Position numbers and translations under genes: made by a program. From Myxococcota bacterium (lineage in GTDB: Bacteria; Myxococcota_A; UBA9160; UBA6930): DNA of 64,000 nt. Of the stretch, positions 48,255 to 58,384 are shown piece by piece. Numbering within the stretch: position 1 is the first letter of the stretch; every line of letters starts with the position of its first letter. The stretch covers positions 4,896,001 to 4,960,000 of the forward strand of contig OZ245002.1 of the NCBI GenBank assembly GCA_965223415.1, given 5' to 3'. Below the pieces are notes generated by a model, which searched no databases, was not told where the DNA came from, and worked only from the letters and a program-made list of their open reading frames with translations.

Positions 48255-49195
48255 GCCCGCGAGGCCTCCCCCCAGTAGTCGTAGAAGTTGAACCACTGGC
48301 GCGGAGCCAGCTTGCAGTAGTGCTCGAGACGACGAGCATAGAGCTGCGCCATCGCGTGGGCCCGGGCCTCTCGCTCGTTTCGCGGCGCGCGCGCCCCGCC
48401 CGGGGCGAGGGGCTCCGCGTGGATGTCGTAGTGCCGCCCCTTCCCGCGCAGGCCGACGACCAGCACCGCCGGACAGCCGAGGACCAGGGGCAGCAGGAAG
48501 GGACCCTCGGGCAGGGCGACCTTGCCGCCCAGGAGCTCCACCTCGCACACCCGGCCGCGATCCCCCGGCTCCACCCGGTCGGCCAGGATGGCGACGAGCT
48601 CGCCCCGGTCGATGCACGCCTTGATCTCGAAGCTCGTCCGCGCGGAGTCGGGATCGGCGCTGATGACGCGGAGCTCCGCGTCCGGTGAGAGCTCCCGGAA
48701 GATCTCGTTGATCTTCGGCGCATGGCGTGTGTACATGAGGACATTCACCGGCACGCGGTCGCGGGAGGAGAGCACGCGGAGCGCGTCGAAGCTCCCCAGG
48801 TGGGCGCCGAGGACGATCGCGCCCTTCCCCTCTACGAGGTGGGGCTCGAAGTGCTCCCGGCCGTGGAAGCGGAAGCCGAACGCGTGGGCCGATCCGCCCC
48901 ACAGGGCCACCCGGTCCGCGATCGAGGTGGCGAAGGCCCAGTAGTGCAGGAAGCACTGCCACAGGCCCGGCTTCCACGAGGGCGTCGGTGAGATGTGCGC
49001 CGCCACCCGGGCCAGGAAGGCCCGGGAGGCGGCGCGGCCCTTCCCATCGGTGACGAAGAAGTAGGCGACCACGCCCACCACGAGTGGAAGGCTCACGAGC
49101 CGCCCGAGGGTGCGCACGCTCCGCACGGTCAGGCGAAGGCCCCACATGGAGCCGCGTTCCTGGACCCGGCTCCAATGGCCGGTGGGCTCGCCCAT
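48251..49195 (-). CDS. LpxL-like acyltransferase
   Basis: HWS..QERGS, AHLGSFD, ILADR, QWFNFYDYW. Confidence 0.85.
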   Translation of the reverse strand: MGEPTGHWSRVQERGSMWGLRLTVRSVRTLGRLVSLPLVVGVVAYFFVTDGKGRAASRAFLARVAAHISPTPSWKPGLWQCFLHYWAFATSIADRVALWGGSAHAFGFRFHGREHFEPHLVEGKGAIVLGAHLGSFDALRVLSSRDRVPVNVLMYTRHAPKINEIFRELSPDAELRVISADPDSARTSFEIKACIDRGELVAILADRVEPGDRGRVCEVELLGGKVALPEGPFLLPLVLGCPAVLVVGLRGKGRHYDIHAEPLAPGGARAPRNEREARAHAMAQLYARRLEHYCKLAPRQWFNFYDYWGEASRA

Positions 49196-49465
49196 CTATC
49201 CGGCGGTCCGCCCGCACCGCCCGTGGATGAGATCGACCACGTCCTGCAGGGTCCGCAGAGCGGCGAGGTCCTCGGTCTCGAACTGGAAGCCGATCTCCTC
49301 CTCCACCGAGACCGCCAGGTCCACGGCGTCGATGCTGTCCATGTCGAGGTCCTCGAAGCCGGAGGTCAGCTGGATCTCGTCCTCGTGGAGGTCGAACTCC
49401 CGCACCATGATGCGCCGGAGCATGGCGAAGATCTCGTCGGGGCGGGTCGGCGCGCCGTCACCCAC
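49196..49465 (-). CDS. Acyl carrier protein
   Basis: DLDMDSIDAVDL phosphopantetheine site. Confidence 0.9.
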   Translation of the reverse strand: MGDGAPTRPDEIFAMLRRIMVREFDLHEDEIQLTSGFEDLDMDSIDAVDLAVSVEEEIGFQFETEDLAALRTLQDVVDLIHGRCGRTAG

Positions 49466-50249
49466 GCGGCAGCTCCAGCTTCTTCTCGAAGTGCTCGCGA
49501 TACACGGCGGTCAGTCTCCGGGAGGCCCGCCCCCGGCTCTCCCCGTTCGCCGGCGGGGCCGGCGAGAGCGCCGGCGTGGGGATGGGCTCCCCGACGTCGA
49601 GGACGAATTGCATGCGGCTCTCGGGGACATCATACCAGGGCTGCCCGCGCATCAGCCCGCGGGGCTCGCAGCGGATGGTCACCGGCCGGGCCGCCACCCC
49701 CGTGGCCAGGGCGATGTGCGCCGCGCCGCGCTGGAAGCGGCCGAGGCCGTCGCGCGGCGACCGGGTGCCCTCGGGAAACAGCAGGACCGTGCGCCCGGCC
49801 CGAACCCGCGCGGAGCAGGCCTCGAGGGTGGCTTCGCCGGTGTCGTTCGGCACGTAGCCCGCGCCGCGGACCGTGCCCCCCGTGAACGGGTTCGACCAGT
49901 GGGAGCGCTTCACGACCACGTCCGCCTGGGGCATGTGGGCCACCAGCAGCACGTAGTCGATCAGCGTGGGATGGTTCGCGATGACCAGCTGCCCCCCCTC
50001 CCCGGCCAGGCGCTCCGGGTGCCGGACCTCCACCGCGATCACGCCGACCGCCTCCATGAAGGCAGAGAACCACCGGAAGGAGCGGTAGATGAGCCACTGC
50101 ATGCGGCGCTCCCGAAGGTCACGCTCGCCGCCCCGGAGCTGGAGCACCGGATAGGCCAGCACGCCCAGGAGCATCGAGCCCACGCCGAACAGCGCGAACG
50201 AGGTGCCCGTTCCGAGGACGCGCTTCCAGCGATCGAACGTCTTCCCCAA
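49458..50249 (-). CDS. PlsC-family acyltransferase
   Basis: NHPTLID, FPEGTRS. Confidence 0.9.
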   Translation of the reverse strand: MGKTFDRWKRVLGTGTSFALFGVGSMLLGVLAYPVLQLRGGERDLRERRMQWLIYRSFRWFSAFMEAVGVIAVEVRHPERLAGEGGQLVIANHPTLIDYVLLVAHMPQADVVVKRSHWSNPFTGGTVRGAGYVPNDTGEATLEACSARVRAGRTVLLFPEGTRSPRDGLGRFQRGAAHIALATGVAARPVTIRCEPRGLMRGQPWYDVPESRMQFVLDVGEPIPTPALSPAPPANGESRGRASRRLTAVYREHFEKKLELPRG

Positions 50250-50426
50250 GAGCTCCGACCCGCTCGGGCACTCTTCCGGGCCCGGCGGCGCAGTGTAGCG
50301 GCTCCCGCCGGCGAGCCATCCATCGCCCGGCCGTCCCGCGGGGACGAGGCGGGGCTGTGAAGCACTTCATACGCCTCACCGTCCCCGCCGGCGGATCCTG
50401 CCGAGGCGGAGCCACGGGGAGGCGGC

Positions 50427-51707
50427 ATGTACCGACGGGACTCGGGATTGCGGCGGCACTCGGGCACGGACCCGGGATGCCAGGTCATCGTCAAGCTCAA
50501 GCGCACGCGACAGGCGCGGCGGGTCCTGCACGCCGCTGCGGCGGACGGCCGGATGCCCCGCACCCGCGGCGTCCTGGACCGATTGCTCTCGGGCCGTCGG
50601 ATCGTTGCCATGGAATCCGTGTTCGGGGCGGTCAAGGACCGGAGTCTGGCCGGCTTCCGACGGCTGGCCGTCGAGGCCGAGCGCGAGGTGGAGGCCGAGC
50701 TCGCGGGCCTCTCGATCCTGTCGACGCGATCCCGGCGGGACGCCGCTCGCGTCTGTGACGAGCTGGGGAAGGACCCGCTGGTCGGGCGCGCTTACGTCGC
50801 GCCGGAGCGCTTCCTGCTCACGGCGCGCCGCTCCCGCTCGCAGGACCCGATGGCGAACCGGCAGTGGGGCCTCCGCGCGATCCAGCTCTTCCAGGCGGAG
50901 CAGCTGGCCTCGTTCCCCGACGCCCGGGACGTGACGGTGGCGGTGATCGACTCTGGAGTCGACTCGTCCCACCCGGACCTGGCCGGGATCTTCGCGGAGG
51001 AGAAGAGCTTCACGTCACGACGGAAGAGGGACACCTCCGGCCACGGCACCCACGTGTGCGGGATCATCGGGGCCGTTCGCAACAATCGGCGCGGCATTCG
51101 GGGGATCAACCAGACCCGCAGCATCATGTCCCTGAAGGCACTCGAGCCCTACGAGCCCCTCGGCTACTACCGTGCCCTGCGGCATGCCACCGACGAGGGC
51201 GCGAGGGTCCTGAACCTGAGCCTCGGCGGGAGTCACGATCCGACCGAGGAGGACCTCGTCCGGCGCGCGATGCGGAGGGGCGTCGTGGTGGTCGCGGCGA
51301 TGGGCAACGACAAGCTGGAAGGCAATCCCAAGAGCTACCCGGGAGCGATCGGCGGGGTCGTCGCGGTGGGGGCGACCGACGAGATCGACCGGATCGCGGA
51401 CTTCAGCCAGACCGGATCCCACATCGACCTGGTGGCGCCGGGCGTGAACGTCCTCAGCACGGTGCCGACCTACCGCACCACCGACGCGGACGGCACCGAC
51501 TACGAGGCGTGGCCGGGCACCTCGATGGCGGCTCCCTTCGTCTCGGCGGCGGCTGCCCTGGTGCTGGCGCGGCGCCCCACCCTCAGCGTGGCGGGGGTAC
51601 GTCGGGCGCTCGTCCGCGGAGCCCAAAAGGTCTCTGGGCAGCGCGGGTTCAATACCACCTACGGGCACGGTCGGCTGAATGTCCGCACCACGTTGCAGCG
51701 GCTGTGA
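50427..51707 (+). CDS. S8 subtilase-family serine protease
   Basis: VIDSG, HGTHVCG, GTSMAAP catalytic triad; no signal peptide. Confidence 0.92.
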   Translation: MYRRDSGLRRHSGTDPGCQVIVKLKRTRQARRVLHAAAADGRMPRTRGVLDRLLSGRRIVAMESVFGAVKDRSLAGFRRLAVEAEREVEAELAGLSILSTRSRRDAARVCDELGKDPLVGRAYVAPERFLLTARRSRSQDPMANRQWGLRAIQLFQAEQLASFPDARDVTVAVIDSGVDSSHPDLAGIFAEEKSFTSRRKRDTSGHGTHVCGIIGAVRNNRRGIRGINQTRSIMSLKALEPYEPLGYYRALRHATDEGARVLNLSLGGSHDPTEEDLVRRAMRRGVVVVAAMGNDKLEGNPKSYPGAIGGVVAVGATDEIDRIADFSQTGSHIDLVAPGVNVLSTVPTYRTTDADGTDYEAWPGTSMAAPFVSAAAALVLARRPTLSVAGVRRALVRGAQKVSGQRGFNTTYGHGRLNVRTTLQRL

Positions 51708-51739
51708 AACCGGCATGGGGTGCAGGCTAGGCTCTCGTC

Positions 51740-51994
51740 ATGGGCGGCAAGACGCTGGTCATCGTCAAGCTCCGCGAGGCGGCTTCCCTGAAGGACGGCT
51801 GCGCTCGCGTTCGGAAGCTGGCCGGAGACGAAGCGGCGTCCGTCGAGGCGGTCTTCCCCGGGGACGAGGAGCAGAGGCTCTTCGCCGTCACGCTCCGGGA
51901 TGCATCGAGCGCCCCGGACGTCCTCGACGCCCTCGAGGGCCAGGTAGACGTCGAGTACGCGCACACCACGCCAGAACGACGTCCCGCGCGCTAG
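51740..51994 (+). CDS. Small protein, possibly an inhibitor-I9/prodomain-like fold
   Basis: LVIVKLR...VEYAH pattern; lies between protease and nuclease. Confidence 0.55.
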   Translation: MGGKTLVIVKLREAASLKDGCARVRKLAGDEAASVEAVFPGDEEQRLFAVTLRDASSAPDVLDALEGQVDVEYAHTTPERRPAR

Positions 51995-52082
51995 TTGCCC
52001 GGAGCACGAGCGCCCGCGCCCTTCCCCGTCCTGCGCTCCGCGCCCCTGCGGGCCGGGCGGAGCCCTAACCCAGGAGGAGACC

Positions 52083-52943
52083 ATGCCCTACGACCCGAGC
52101 TTCATCGCCGACTGTCGGATTCCGCTGCCGGAGCTCGGCGACCGCGTCCGGCCAACGGTCTTCGGCGGCGGCGTGGCGGTGGACCACACGCGCTTCTCGA
52201 TCCTCTTCAACCAGGACCGGGGCTTCGCCGTCGCGACGGCCCACAACATCGACGGGGGCCGGATCATCCCGGAAGGGAGGATCCCGCGCCGCGACCGCTT
52301 CCGTTTCGACCCCGACGTTCCCAACCACCTCCAGGTGGACGATCGCCGGGGGTACTCGGGGCGCCACAATCTCTGGGACCGGGGGCACCTGGTCCGGCGC
52401 CGCGCGCTCCACTGGGGCCCGCTCGCAACGGCCCGGCGGGCGGACAACGAGAGCTTCTTCTGGACGAACATCTCCCCCCAGCACCGGCGCCTCCACCACA
52501 GTGCGTGGGGGCGGATCGAGGACTGGATCCTCGGCGTGGCGGAGGACGAGGACAAGCGGGTCTGCGTCTTCACCGGGCCCGTGTTCACGGCCGAGGATCC
52601 GGAGATCGTGAACCGCCGGGGCGAGGAGCCCGTTCGCATTCCGGCCGGCTTCTGGAAGATCGTCGCCCTGAAGCACCGTCGCCGGCTCCGCGGGGCCTCG
52701 TTCCTCGTGTGGCAGCGCGACTTCGACCGCGATCGGCCGCTCACCTTCGATCCGGTGCTGGAGCAGGTCCGCTTGACCACGGTGGAGTACCTGACTGGTC
52801 TGTCGTTCACGTCACTGCGGCGCTCGGATCCGCTCCGGTTCGGCGCGAGCTTCGAGCGGGTGCGGGGGCAGCGCCGGGTGCGCGTCGGCTCCGCCCGGGT
52901 CCGCCCGGCCGCAGTCACCTGCGCCGAGGACATCGTGCTCTGA
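52083..52943 (+). CDS. DNA/RNA non-specific endonuclease (NucA/EndoG type)
   Basis: WDRGHL, TNISPQ, FTGPVF, IPAGFWKI; AGGAG RBS. Confidence 0.92.
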   Translation: MPYDPSFIADCRIPLPELGDRVRPTVFGGGVAVDHTRFSILFNQDRGFAVATAHNIDGGRIIPEGRIPRRDRFRFDPDVPNHLQVDDRRGYSGRHNLWDRGHLVRRRALHWGPLATARRADNESFFWTNISPQHRRLHHSAWGRIEDWILGVAEDEDKRVCVFTGPVFTAEDPEIVNRRGEEPVRIPAGFWKIVALKHRRRLRGASFLVWQRDFDRDRPLTFDPVLEQVRLTTVEYLTGLSFTSLRRSDPLRFGASFERVRGQRRVRVGSARVRPAAVTCAEDIVL

Positions 52944-53107
52944 TGCCCGGCCGTCGGAGCATCGTGTTGCTCTCGGCGGCACGGGCAACCGCGCAGCCAG
53001 GCTGAATTGGCGGCTCTACTCCACGGGCAACCGATCGGACCATCCCGCGGTAGCCTCTTCGGGCGCCATCCGCCGGCGCCGAACGAGCGCGCCCCGGAGC
53101 GAGGACC

Positions 53108-54613
53108 ATGTCACGCCGCCGCACCCTGATCGCCGTCGCGGCCGTCGCTCTGTTCGGCGGTGGATGCTTCATCGTGGTTCGGGTGCTCGAGGCCGTCATG
53201 CGCGACCCCTTCGCCCCGGTCTACGAGGAGCACTGCACCGAGTGCCATGGCGAGGATCTCCAGGGCACCCCGCTCGGGGTCCCGCTGGTTGGCCGGGAGC
53301 TGCTTCACGGAGAATCGGCGGAGGCCATTGCGGCGAGCATCGCCCAGGGCTTCCCGCTGGCGGGCATGCCGGCCTTTGGGGAGGCCCTGGACGAGGGGAG
53401 GATCCGGGGGCTTTCGATCCTGATCGCGGAGAAACGCGCCCACTACGGCCGCGCCGACTTCAAGGTCGATGCGCCGCTGGTCATGCCGGAGGGCCCGGTC
53501 CCGAGCGAGGAGCACGCCTTCCGGCTCGAGACCGTCGCCAATGGCCTCGACCCCCTGCCCTTCTCCATCGCGCCGCTCCCGGACGGAGGCTTCCTCCTCA
53601 CGGAGAAGATGCGCGGCCTTCGCATCGTCTCCGCGGACGGCGTGCAGTCGGCGCTCGTTCAGGGGACGCCGCCGGCTCACGAGGGTGGCTTCGAGCTGCT
53701 CCAGCTGGTCTACGGCAACGGCTGGATGCTCGACGTGGCGATCCACCCGGCCTACGAGACCAACGGCTGGGTCTACCTGCACTTCGGAGATCGCTGCGCC
53801 GAGTGCGATACCTCGATGAACAAGCTCATCCGTGGGCGTATCCGGGAGGGCCGCTGGGTCGACGAGGAGACGATCTGGAGCGCCGCCGAGGAGACCTACA
53901 CGCGTACCCCGGACATGGGCGCGGGCGGGAGGATCTGCTTCGACGACCGGGGCCACGTCTTCCTGAGTGTCGGGATCAAGGGCACCTCGAACTACCACGG
54001 AATCCAGGACCTGGGCCTGCCGTACGGGAAGATCCACCGCGTCCACGAGGACGGCCGGGTTCCCGCGGACAATCCGTTCGCGAACGATCCGGACGCCCTT
54101 CCCAGCATCTGGACCTACGGCCACCGGAGCCCGCAGGGTCTGGAGTTCGACCCGAGCACGGGTCGCCTGTGGTCGACGGAGATGGGCCCCCGCGGCGGCG
54201 ACGAGCTCAACCTGCTCCGGCCGGGGCGGAACTACGGCTGGCCCCTCACGTCGAAGGGGGTCGACTACGACGGGACGCCCGTCGAGTACGGCAAGGATCT
54301 TGGGATCGCCGTGGATCTCGCGACGATCGAGCAGCCGGTGGTCGACCTGACGCCTTCGCCGGCGGTCTCGAGCTTCGCGTTCTACCGGGGCGAGGCGTTC
54401 CCCGGCTGGCGGGGCCATGCCCTCGTGGGGACGCTCAAGGCCACGGAGCTGTATCGCTGGGTGCTGGACGGGGACCGGGTGGTCCACAGAGAGACGCTGC
54501 TCTCGGGCTTGGCGCGCATTCGCGACGTGGAGATCGGGCCCGATGGGCTTCCGTACCTGCTGCTCGAGCACGCCTCCGGCGGGCGGGTCGTGCGGCTCGT
54601 GCCCGCCGACTGA
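53108..54613 (+). CDS. Cytochrome c-fused PQQ-dependent glucose/sorbosone dehydrogenase
   Basis: CTECH, YGHRSPQGL, GPRGGDELN, NYGWP. Confidence 0.9.
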   Translation: MSRRRTLIAVAAVALFGGGCFIVVRVLEAVMRDPFAPVYEEHCTECHGEDLQGTPLGVPLVGRELLHGESAEAIAASIAQGFPLAGMPAFGEALDEGRIRGLSILIAEKRAHYGRADFKVDAPLVMPEGPVPSEEHAFRLETVANGLDPLPFSIAPLPDGGFLLTEKMRGLRIVSADGVQSALVQGTPPAHEGGFELLQLVYGNGWMLDVAIHPAYETNGWVYLHFGDRCAECDTSMNKLIRGRIREGRWVDEETIWSAAEETYTRTPDMGAGGRICFDDRGHVFLSVGIKGTSNYHGIQDLGLPYGKIHRVHEDGRVPADNPFANDPDALPSIWTYGHRSPQGLEFDPSTGRLWSTEMGPRGGDELNLLRPGRNYGWPLTSKGVDYDGTPVEYGKDLGIAVDLATIEQPVVDLTPSPAVSSFAFYRGEAFPGWRGHALVGTLKATELYRWVLDGDRVVHRETLLSGLARIRDVEIGPDGLPYLLLEHASGGRVVRLVPAD

Positions 54614-54642
54614 GGCCTCGGCGCCCGCGGTATGCTGCCAGG

Positions 54643-55101
54643 ATGCCCATGAGCCTCGAAGAGCTGTCGGACCGGCTGGAGATCGACGACCTCCTGACCC
54701 GCTACGCCACCGGCGTGGACCGCAAGGACTGGGACCTGTGGGAGTCCTGCTTCACGGCAGACGCGCGGATCGACTACACCGCCTTCGGTGGCATCTGCGG
54801 GGGGGTCGCGGAGGTGCGCGCCTGGCTGGAGAAGACCATGGCGATGTTCCCGATGAGCCAGCACATGATCCTGAACAAGGAGATCGCGATCAGCGGGGAC
54901 ACGGCCACGAGCCGCGCCGGCTTCTACAATCCCATGTCGCTCCCGATCGAGGACGGCGAGAACCGGCTCCTCTTCTTCGAAGGCGGCTACTACTGCGACC
55001 GGCTCGTGCGCACCGAGGACGGCTGGAAGATCCGCGAGCGGATCGAGGAGTTCGGCTACTCGACCCGCCTCAACCCCCAGCTCAAGCCCAAGACCCGATG
55101 A
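54643..55101 (+). CDS. SnoaL-like (NTF2) protein
   Basis: DRLEIDDLLTRYA..VDRKDW, GYYCDRLVRTEDGWKI. Confidence 0.85.
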   Translation: MPMSLEELSDRLEIDDLLTRYATGVDRKDWDLWESCFTADARIDYTAFGGICGGVAEVRAWLEKTMAMFPMSQHMILNKEIAISGDTATSRAGFYNPMSLPIEDGENRLLFFEGGYYCDRLVRTEDGWKIRERIEEFGYSTRLNPQLKPKTR

Positions 55102-56114
55102 CCGACCACCCGATCTACCACGACGACGACGCGGACCTGGCCGAACTCGAGGGCGAAACCGTGGCCGTGATCGGCTATGGCAACCAGGGCCGCTCGCAGG
55201 CACTGAACCTGCGCGACGGCGGGCTCCCGGTAGTGATCGGCAACCGGGACGACGAGGCGGCGGCGAAGGCGCGGGCGGACGGCTTCGACGTGCTCTCCGT
55301 CGGCGAGGCGGCGGCGCGAGCCCGGGCGGTGCTGGTGCTGATCCCCGACGAGGTCATGGCCGCGGTCTGCGCGGAGGAGATCGCCCCCGGTCTCGAGGCC
55401 GGCGACCTGCTGGACTTCGCCAGTGGATACAACGTGGCCTTCGGCCTGATCGAGCCCGCGCGGGATCTGGACGTGGTGATGATCGCCCCGCGCATGATCG
55501 GCGTCGGCGTCCGCGACCGGTTCGTGGCCGGCGAGGGCTTTCCCAGCTTCGTCGGCGTCCACCAGGACGCGACCGGGCGCGCCCGCCAGCGCATGCTGGC
55601 CCTTGCCAAGGCGATGGGGTCGACTCGCGCGGGCTGCATCGAGATGTCCCTGGCCGACGAGGCGGCTCTCGACCTGTTCACCGAGCAGGGCTTCGGGCCC
55701 GCCTTCGGGCGCGTGATGATGAGCGCCGTCGAGACCCTGGTAGAGGCCGGCTATCCGCCCGAGGCGGTGCTGCTCGAGCTCTACCTCTCCGGGGAGCTGG
55801 CCTACACCTTCGAGAAGATCCGCGAGGTGGGCATGATGCGGCAGATGGACTTCCACTCCCGCACCAGCCAGTACGGCAGCATCACCCGCGGCGCCCGCTA
55901 CCTCGACCTCGGTCCGGCCCTCCAGGAGAAGATGCGCGAGACCCTGGAGGAGATCCGCTCCGGGGCCTTCGCCAAGGAGTGGAGCGAGGCCCAGGAGCAG
56001 GCCGCCGAGATCTTCGAGAAGGTGAAGGCCGCCCGCGACCAGATGCCCATGGCCCAATGGGAGCAGGCCGCCCGCCGCGCCTTCCGCATGGATGGAGAAA
56101 CGGAGCCAGAGTGA
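55098..56114 (+). CDS. ilvC: Ketol-acid reductoisomerase
   Basis: VIGYGNQG, LNLRD, LIPDE, DLFTEQ, EEIRSGAFAKEW. Confidence 0.85.
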   Translation: MTDHPIYHDDDADLAELEGETVAVIGYGNQGRSQALNLRDGGLPVVIGNRDDEAAAKARADGFDVLSVGEAAARARAVLVLIPDEVMAAVCAEEIAPGLEAGDLLDFASGYNVAFGLIEPARDLDVVMIAPRMIGVGVRDRFVAGEGFPSFVGVHQDATGRARQRMLALAKAMGSTRAGCIEMSLADEAALDLFTEQGFGPAFGRVMMSAVETLVEAGYPPEAVLLELYLSGELAYTFEKIREVGMMRQMDFHSRTSQYGSITRGARYLDLGPALQEKMRETLEEIRSGAFAKEWSEAQEQAAEIFEKVKAARDQMPMAQWEQAARRAFRMDGETEPE

Positions 56115-56118
56115 ATTC

Positions 56119-56859
56119 TCAACTCTGGCCCCGTTTCTTCACTGCGAGGCGGGCGGTGGCGAGGTCGTCGGGGGTGCCGACGTCGATCCACAGGCCTTCG
56201 GCGCGGACGGCGCGGAGCTGGCCGGCGGCGCACCACCACTCGGCAAGGTGGCCCAGGTTGTCCGGCGCGCCGCCCGACGCGAGGTAGGCGGCGACGTCGG
56301 GCAGGTGGGCGCGGGGGATGCCGTAGAGGGCGGTCACCGCGAGGCTGGACGGCGGGTTCGGGTCCTTCTCGACCAGGGCGGCGACCCGTCCGTCCGGGGC
56401 CAGGCGCACGCTTGCGTAGCGGCGCACCCGTGCGGCACTCCCGACGTCGAAGGTCACGACCGTGGGGGCGACGCGGCTCCCGGCGGCCAAGGGCGCGAGT
56501 TCGAAGTCGAACACGTTGTCGGCGGCCAGGACCAGCAGGTCCTCGTCGGGCGACGCCTCGGCGAGATACGCCGCCAGGTCCACCACGGCCCCGCGACGAT
56601 CGCCCAGCCGCGCCACGCCGTTGCCGAGCACGCGAAGCGGGGCGCGTCCGCGTCTCGCTTCCGCCCACCGGGCGAGCGCCGGGCGGCTCGCCTCGTTCGC
56701 CAGCACGTCGACGGCGCGGACCTCGGCCAGCGCCTCGGCCGCGTCGGCGGCCCAGTCGATGGCGCGACGTCCGCCCAGGGGAAGCAGCGCCTTCGCATGC
56801 CCCCGCTCGCCGGCACCCAGACGGGTGCCCCAGCCCGCCGCCAGCAGCAGCGCGCGCAC
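56119..56859 (-). CDS. Sugar-phosphate nucleotidyltransferase
   Basis: LLAAGWGTRL, KALLP, VEKDP, WIDVGT. Confidence 0.85.
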   Translation of the reverse strand: MRALLLAAGWGTRLGAGERGHAKALLPLGGRRAIDWAADAAEALAEVRAVDVLANEASRPALARWAEARRGRAPLRVLGNGVARLGDRRGAVVDLAAYLAEASPDEDLLVLAADNVFDFELAPLAAGSRVAPTVVTFDVGSAARVRRYASVRLAPDGRVAALVEKDPNPPSSLAVTALYGIPRAHLPDVAAYLASGGAPDNLGHLAEWWCAAGQLRAVRAEGLWIDVGTPDDLATARLAVKKRGQS

Positions 56860-56871
56860 CGCCGCCCGCCG

Positions 56872-57831
56872 CTAGCTGCCGGAGCTCCCGCCGCCGTTCG
56901 GCCGCCGGGCGCCGTCCCCGCTTCCGTCGCGCCCGATCCCGGTGGCCAAGGCGATCACCGACGCGATGTCCGAGAGGTTCGAAGGCACGACGAAGGTGTT
57001 GCCCTCCTTCGCCAGGTTCCCGAACTCCGCCACGTACTGCTCCGCGATGCGCAGCTGCATGGCCTCGCCGCCGCCCTGGGCGCTGAGCGCCGCCGCCACC
57101 GCGCGCAGGCCTTCGGCGGTGGCCCGGGCCACGGCCAGGATCGCCTCCGCCTCGCCCTCGGCCTCGTTGATCTGCCTCTGCCGCGCGGCCTCGGACTCCT
57201 TGATCACCTTCTGCTTGTCGCCCTCGGCCTGGTTGATCGCCGCATCGCGGGAGCCCTCGGATTCGAGCACCACGGCCCGCTTCTCCCGCTCGGCGCGCAT
57301 CTGCTTCTCCATGGCCGAGAGCACGTCGTGGGGCGGGTTGATGTTCTTGATCTCGTAGCGCAGCACCTTCACGCCCCACGGGTCCGAGGCCATGTCGAGC
57401 TCGGAAACGACCGAGGCATTCATCTGTGCGCGCTCCTCGAAGGTGCGGTCGAGGTCGATCTTGCCGACCTCGCTGCGCAGGGTGGTCTGGGCCAGCTGGG
57501 AGATCGCGAAGACGTAGTTGCCGATGCCGTAGGAGGCCCGCCGCGCGTCCAGCACCTGCAGGTAGAGGACGCCGTCCACGCCCACCTGGACGTTGTCCTT
57601 GGTGATGCAGATCTGCTCCTGGATATCGATCGCTCGCTCCTTCAGCGAGTGCTTGTAGGCCACCCGATCGACGAAGGGCATGAGAATGTGGAAGCCGGCC
57701 TGCAGGGTGTCTGAGTACTTGCCCAGCCGCTCCACCACATAGGCACTCTGCTGGGGCACGACCACCGCCGTCTTGGCCAGGACGAACAGGACCAGGGCGG
57801 CCAACACGCCGACACCGATGAGCGTCTCCAT
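56872..57831 (-). CDS. SPFH/stomatin (QmcA-like) protein
   Basis: VVERLGKY, ITKDNV, QMRAEREKRA. Confidence 0.92.
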   Translation of the reverse strand: METLIGVGVLAALVLFVLAKTAVVVPQQSAYVVERLGKYSDTLQAGFHILMPFVDRVAYKHSLKERAIDIQEQICITKDNVQVGVDGVLYLQVLDARRASYGIGNYVFAISQLAQTTLRSEVGKIDLDRTFEERAQMNASVVSELDMASDPWGVKVLRYEIKNINPPHDVLSAMEKQMRAEREKRAVVLESEGSRDAAINQAEGDKQKVIKESEAARQRQINEAEGEAEAILAVARATAEGLRAVAAALSAQGGGEAMQLRIAEQYVAEFGNLAKEGNTFVVPSNLSDIASVIALATGIGRDGSGDGARRPNGGGSSGS

Positions 57832-57850
57832 GCGAATCTCCTTCCGTGGA

Positions 57851-58288
57851 TCAGGTGCGCGGAGCGCGGACGCGAAGAACGACTCCGTCGACGCCGTCGA
57901 CCTGGGCGACGGCCTGGGGCGGGAGCTCCTGGGTTCCCTCGTTGCGTGCGCGCCAGGTCGAGCCGCGCAGCTCCACCTGGCCCATGCCGCCCGGCGCGAT
58001 GGCCGCGCCGACGACCCGGGCTCGCTCTCCGAGAAGCTCCGGCGCCAGGTCCTGGGTCCCGGCCATCAGGCGCTCGTAGGCGGGACCCCGCACGAACACC
58101 GCCAGGAGGACCGAGAGACCGGCGAAGACGAGCCATTGGACCCAGATGGGGGCGTCGACGCCGAACAGCCCGAGCAGCGACGTGCCGAAGGCGGCGGCGC
58201 CGATCACGGCGAGCCAGAAGTCGGCGCTCACGCCGAGCTCCGCCGCGAGCAGTGCCGCGCCGACCACCATCCAACCCCACCAGGGCAC
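57851..58288 (-). CDS. NfeD-family protein
   Basis: TM N-terminus, GQVELRGSTWRA; adjacent to the SPFH gene. Confidence 0.88.
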   Translation of the reverse strand: MPWWGWMVVGAALLAAELGVSADFWLAVIGAAAFGTSLLGLFGVDAPIWVQWLVFAGLSVLLAVFVRGPAYERLMAGTQDLAPELLGERARVVGAAIAPGGMGQVELRGSTWRARNEGTQELPPQAVAQVDGVDGVVLRVRAPRT

Positions 58289-58384
58289 GTCGACCCTCCC
58301 TCTGGTCCGCGCCAGTCAGTCTAGGAAGTGTTCGGACGAACGGGGGGCCCGCTGGAGGAACGGCGGGCCTGCTACCCTGCCCTC

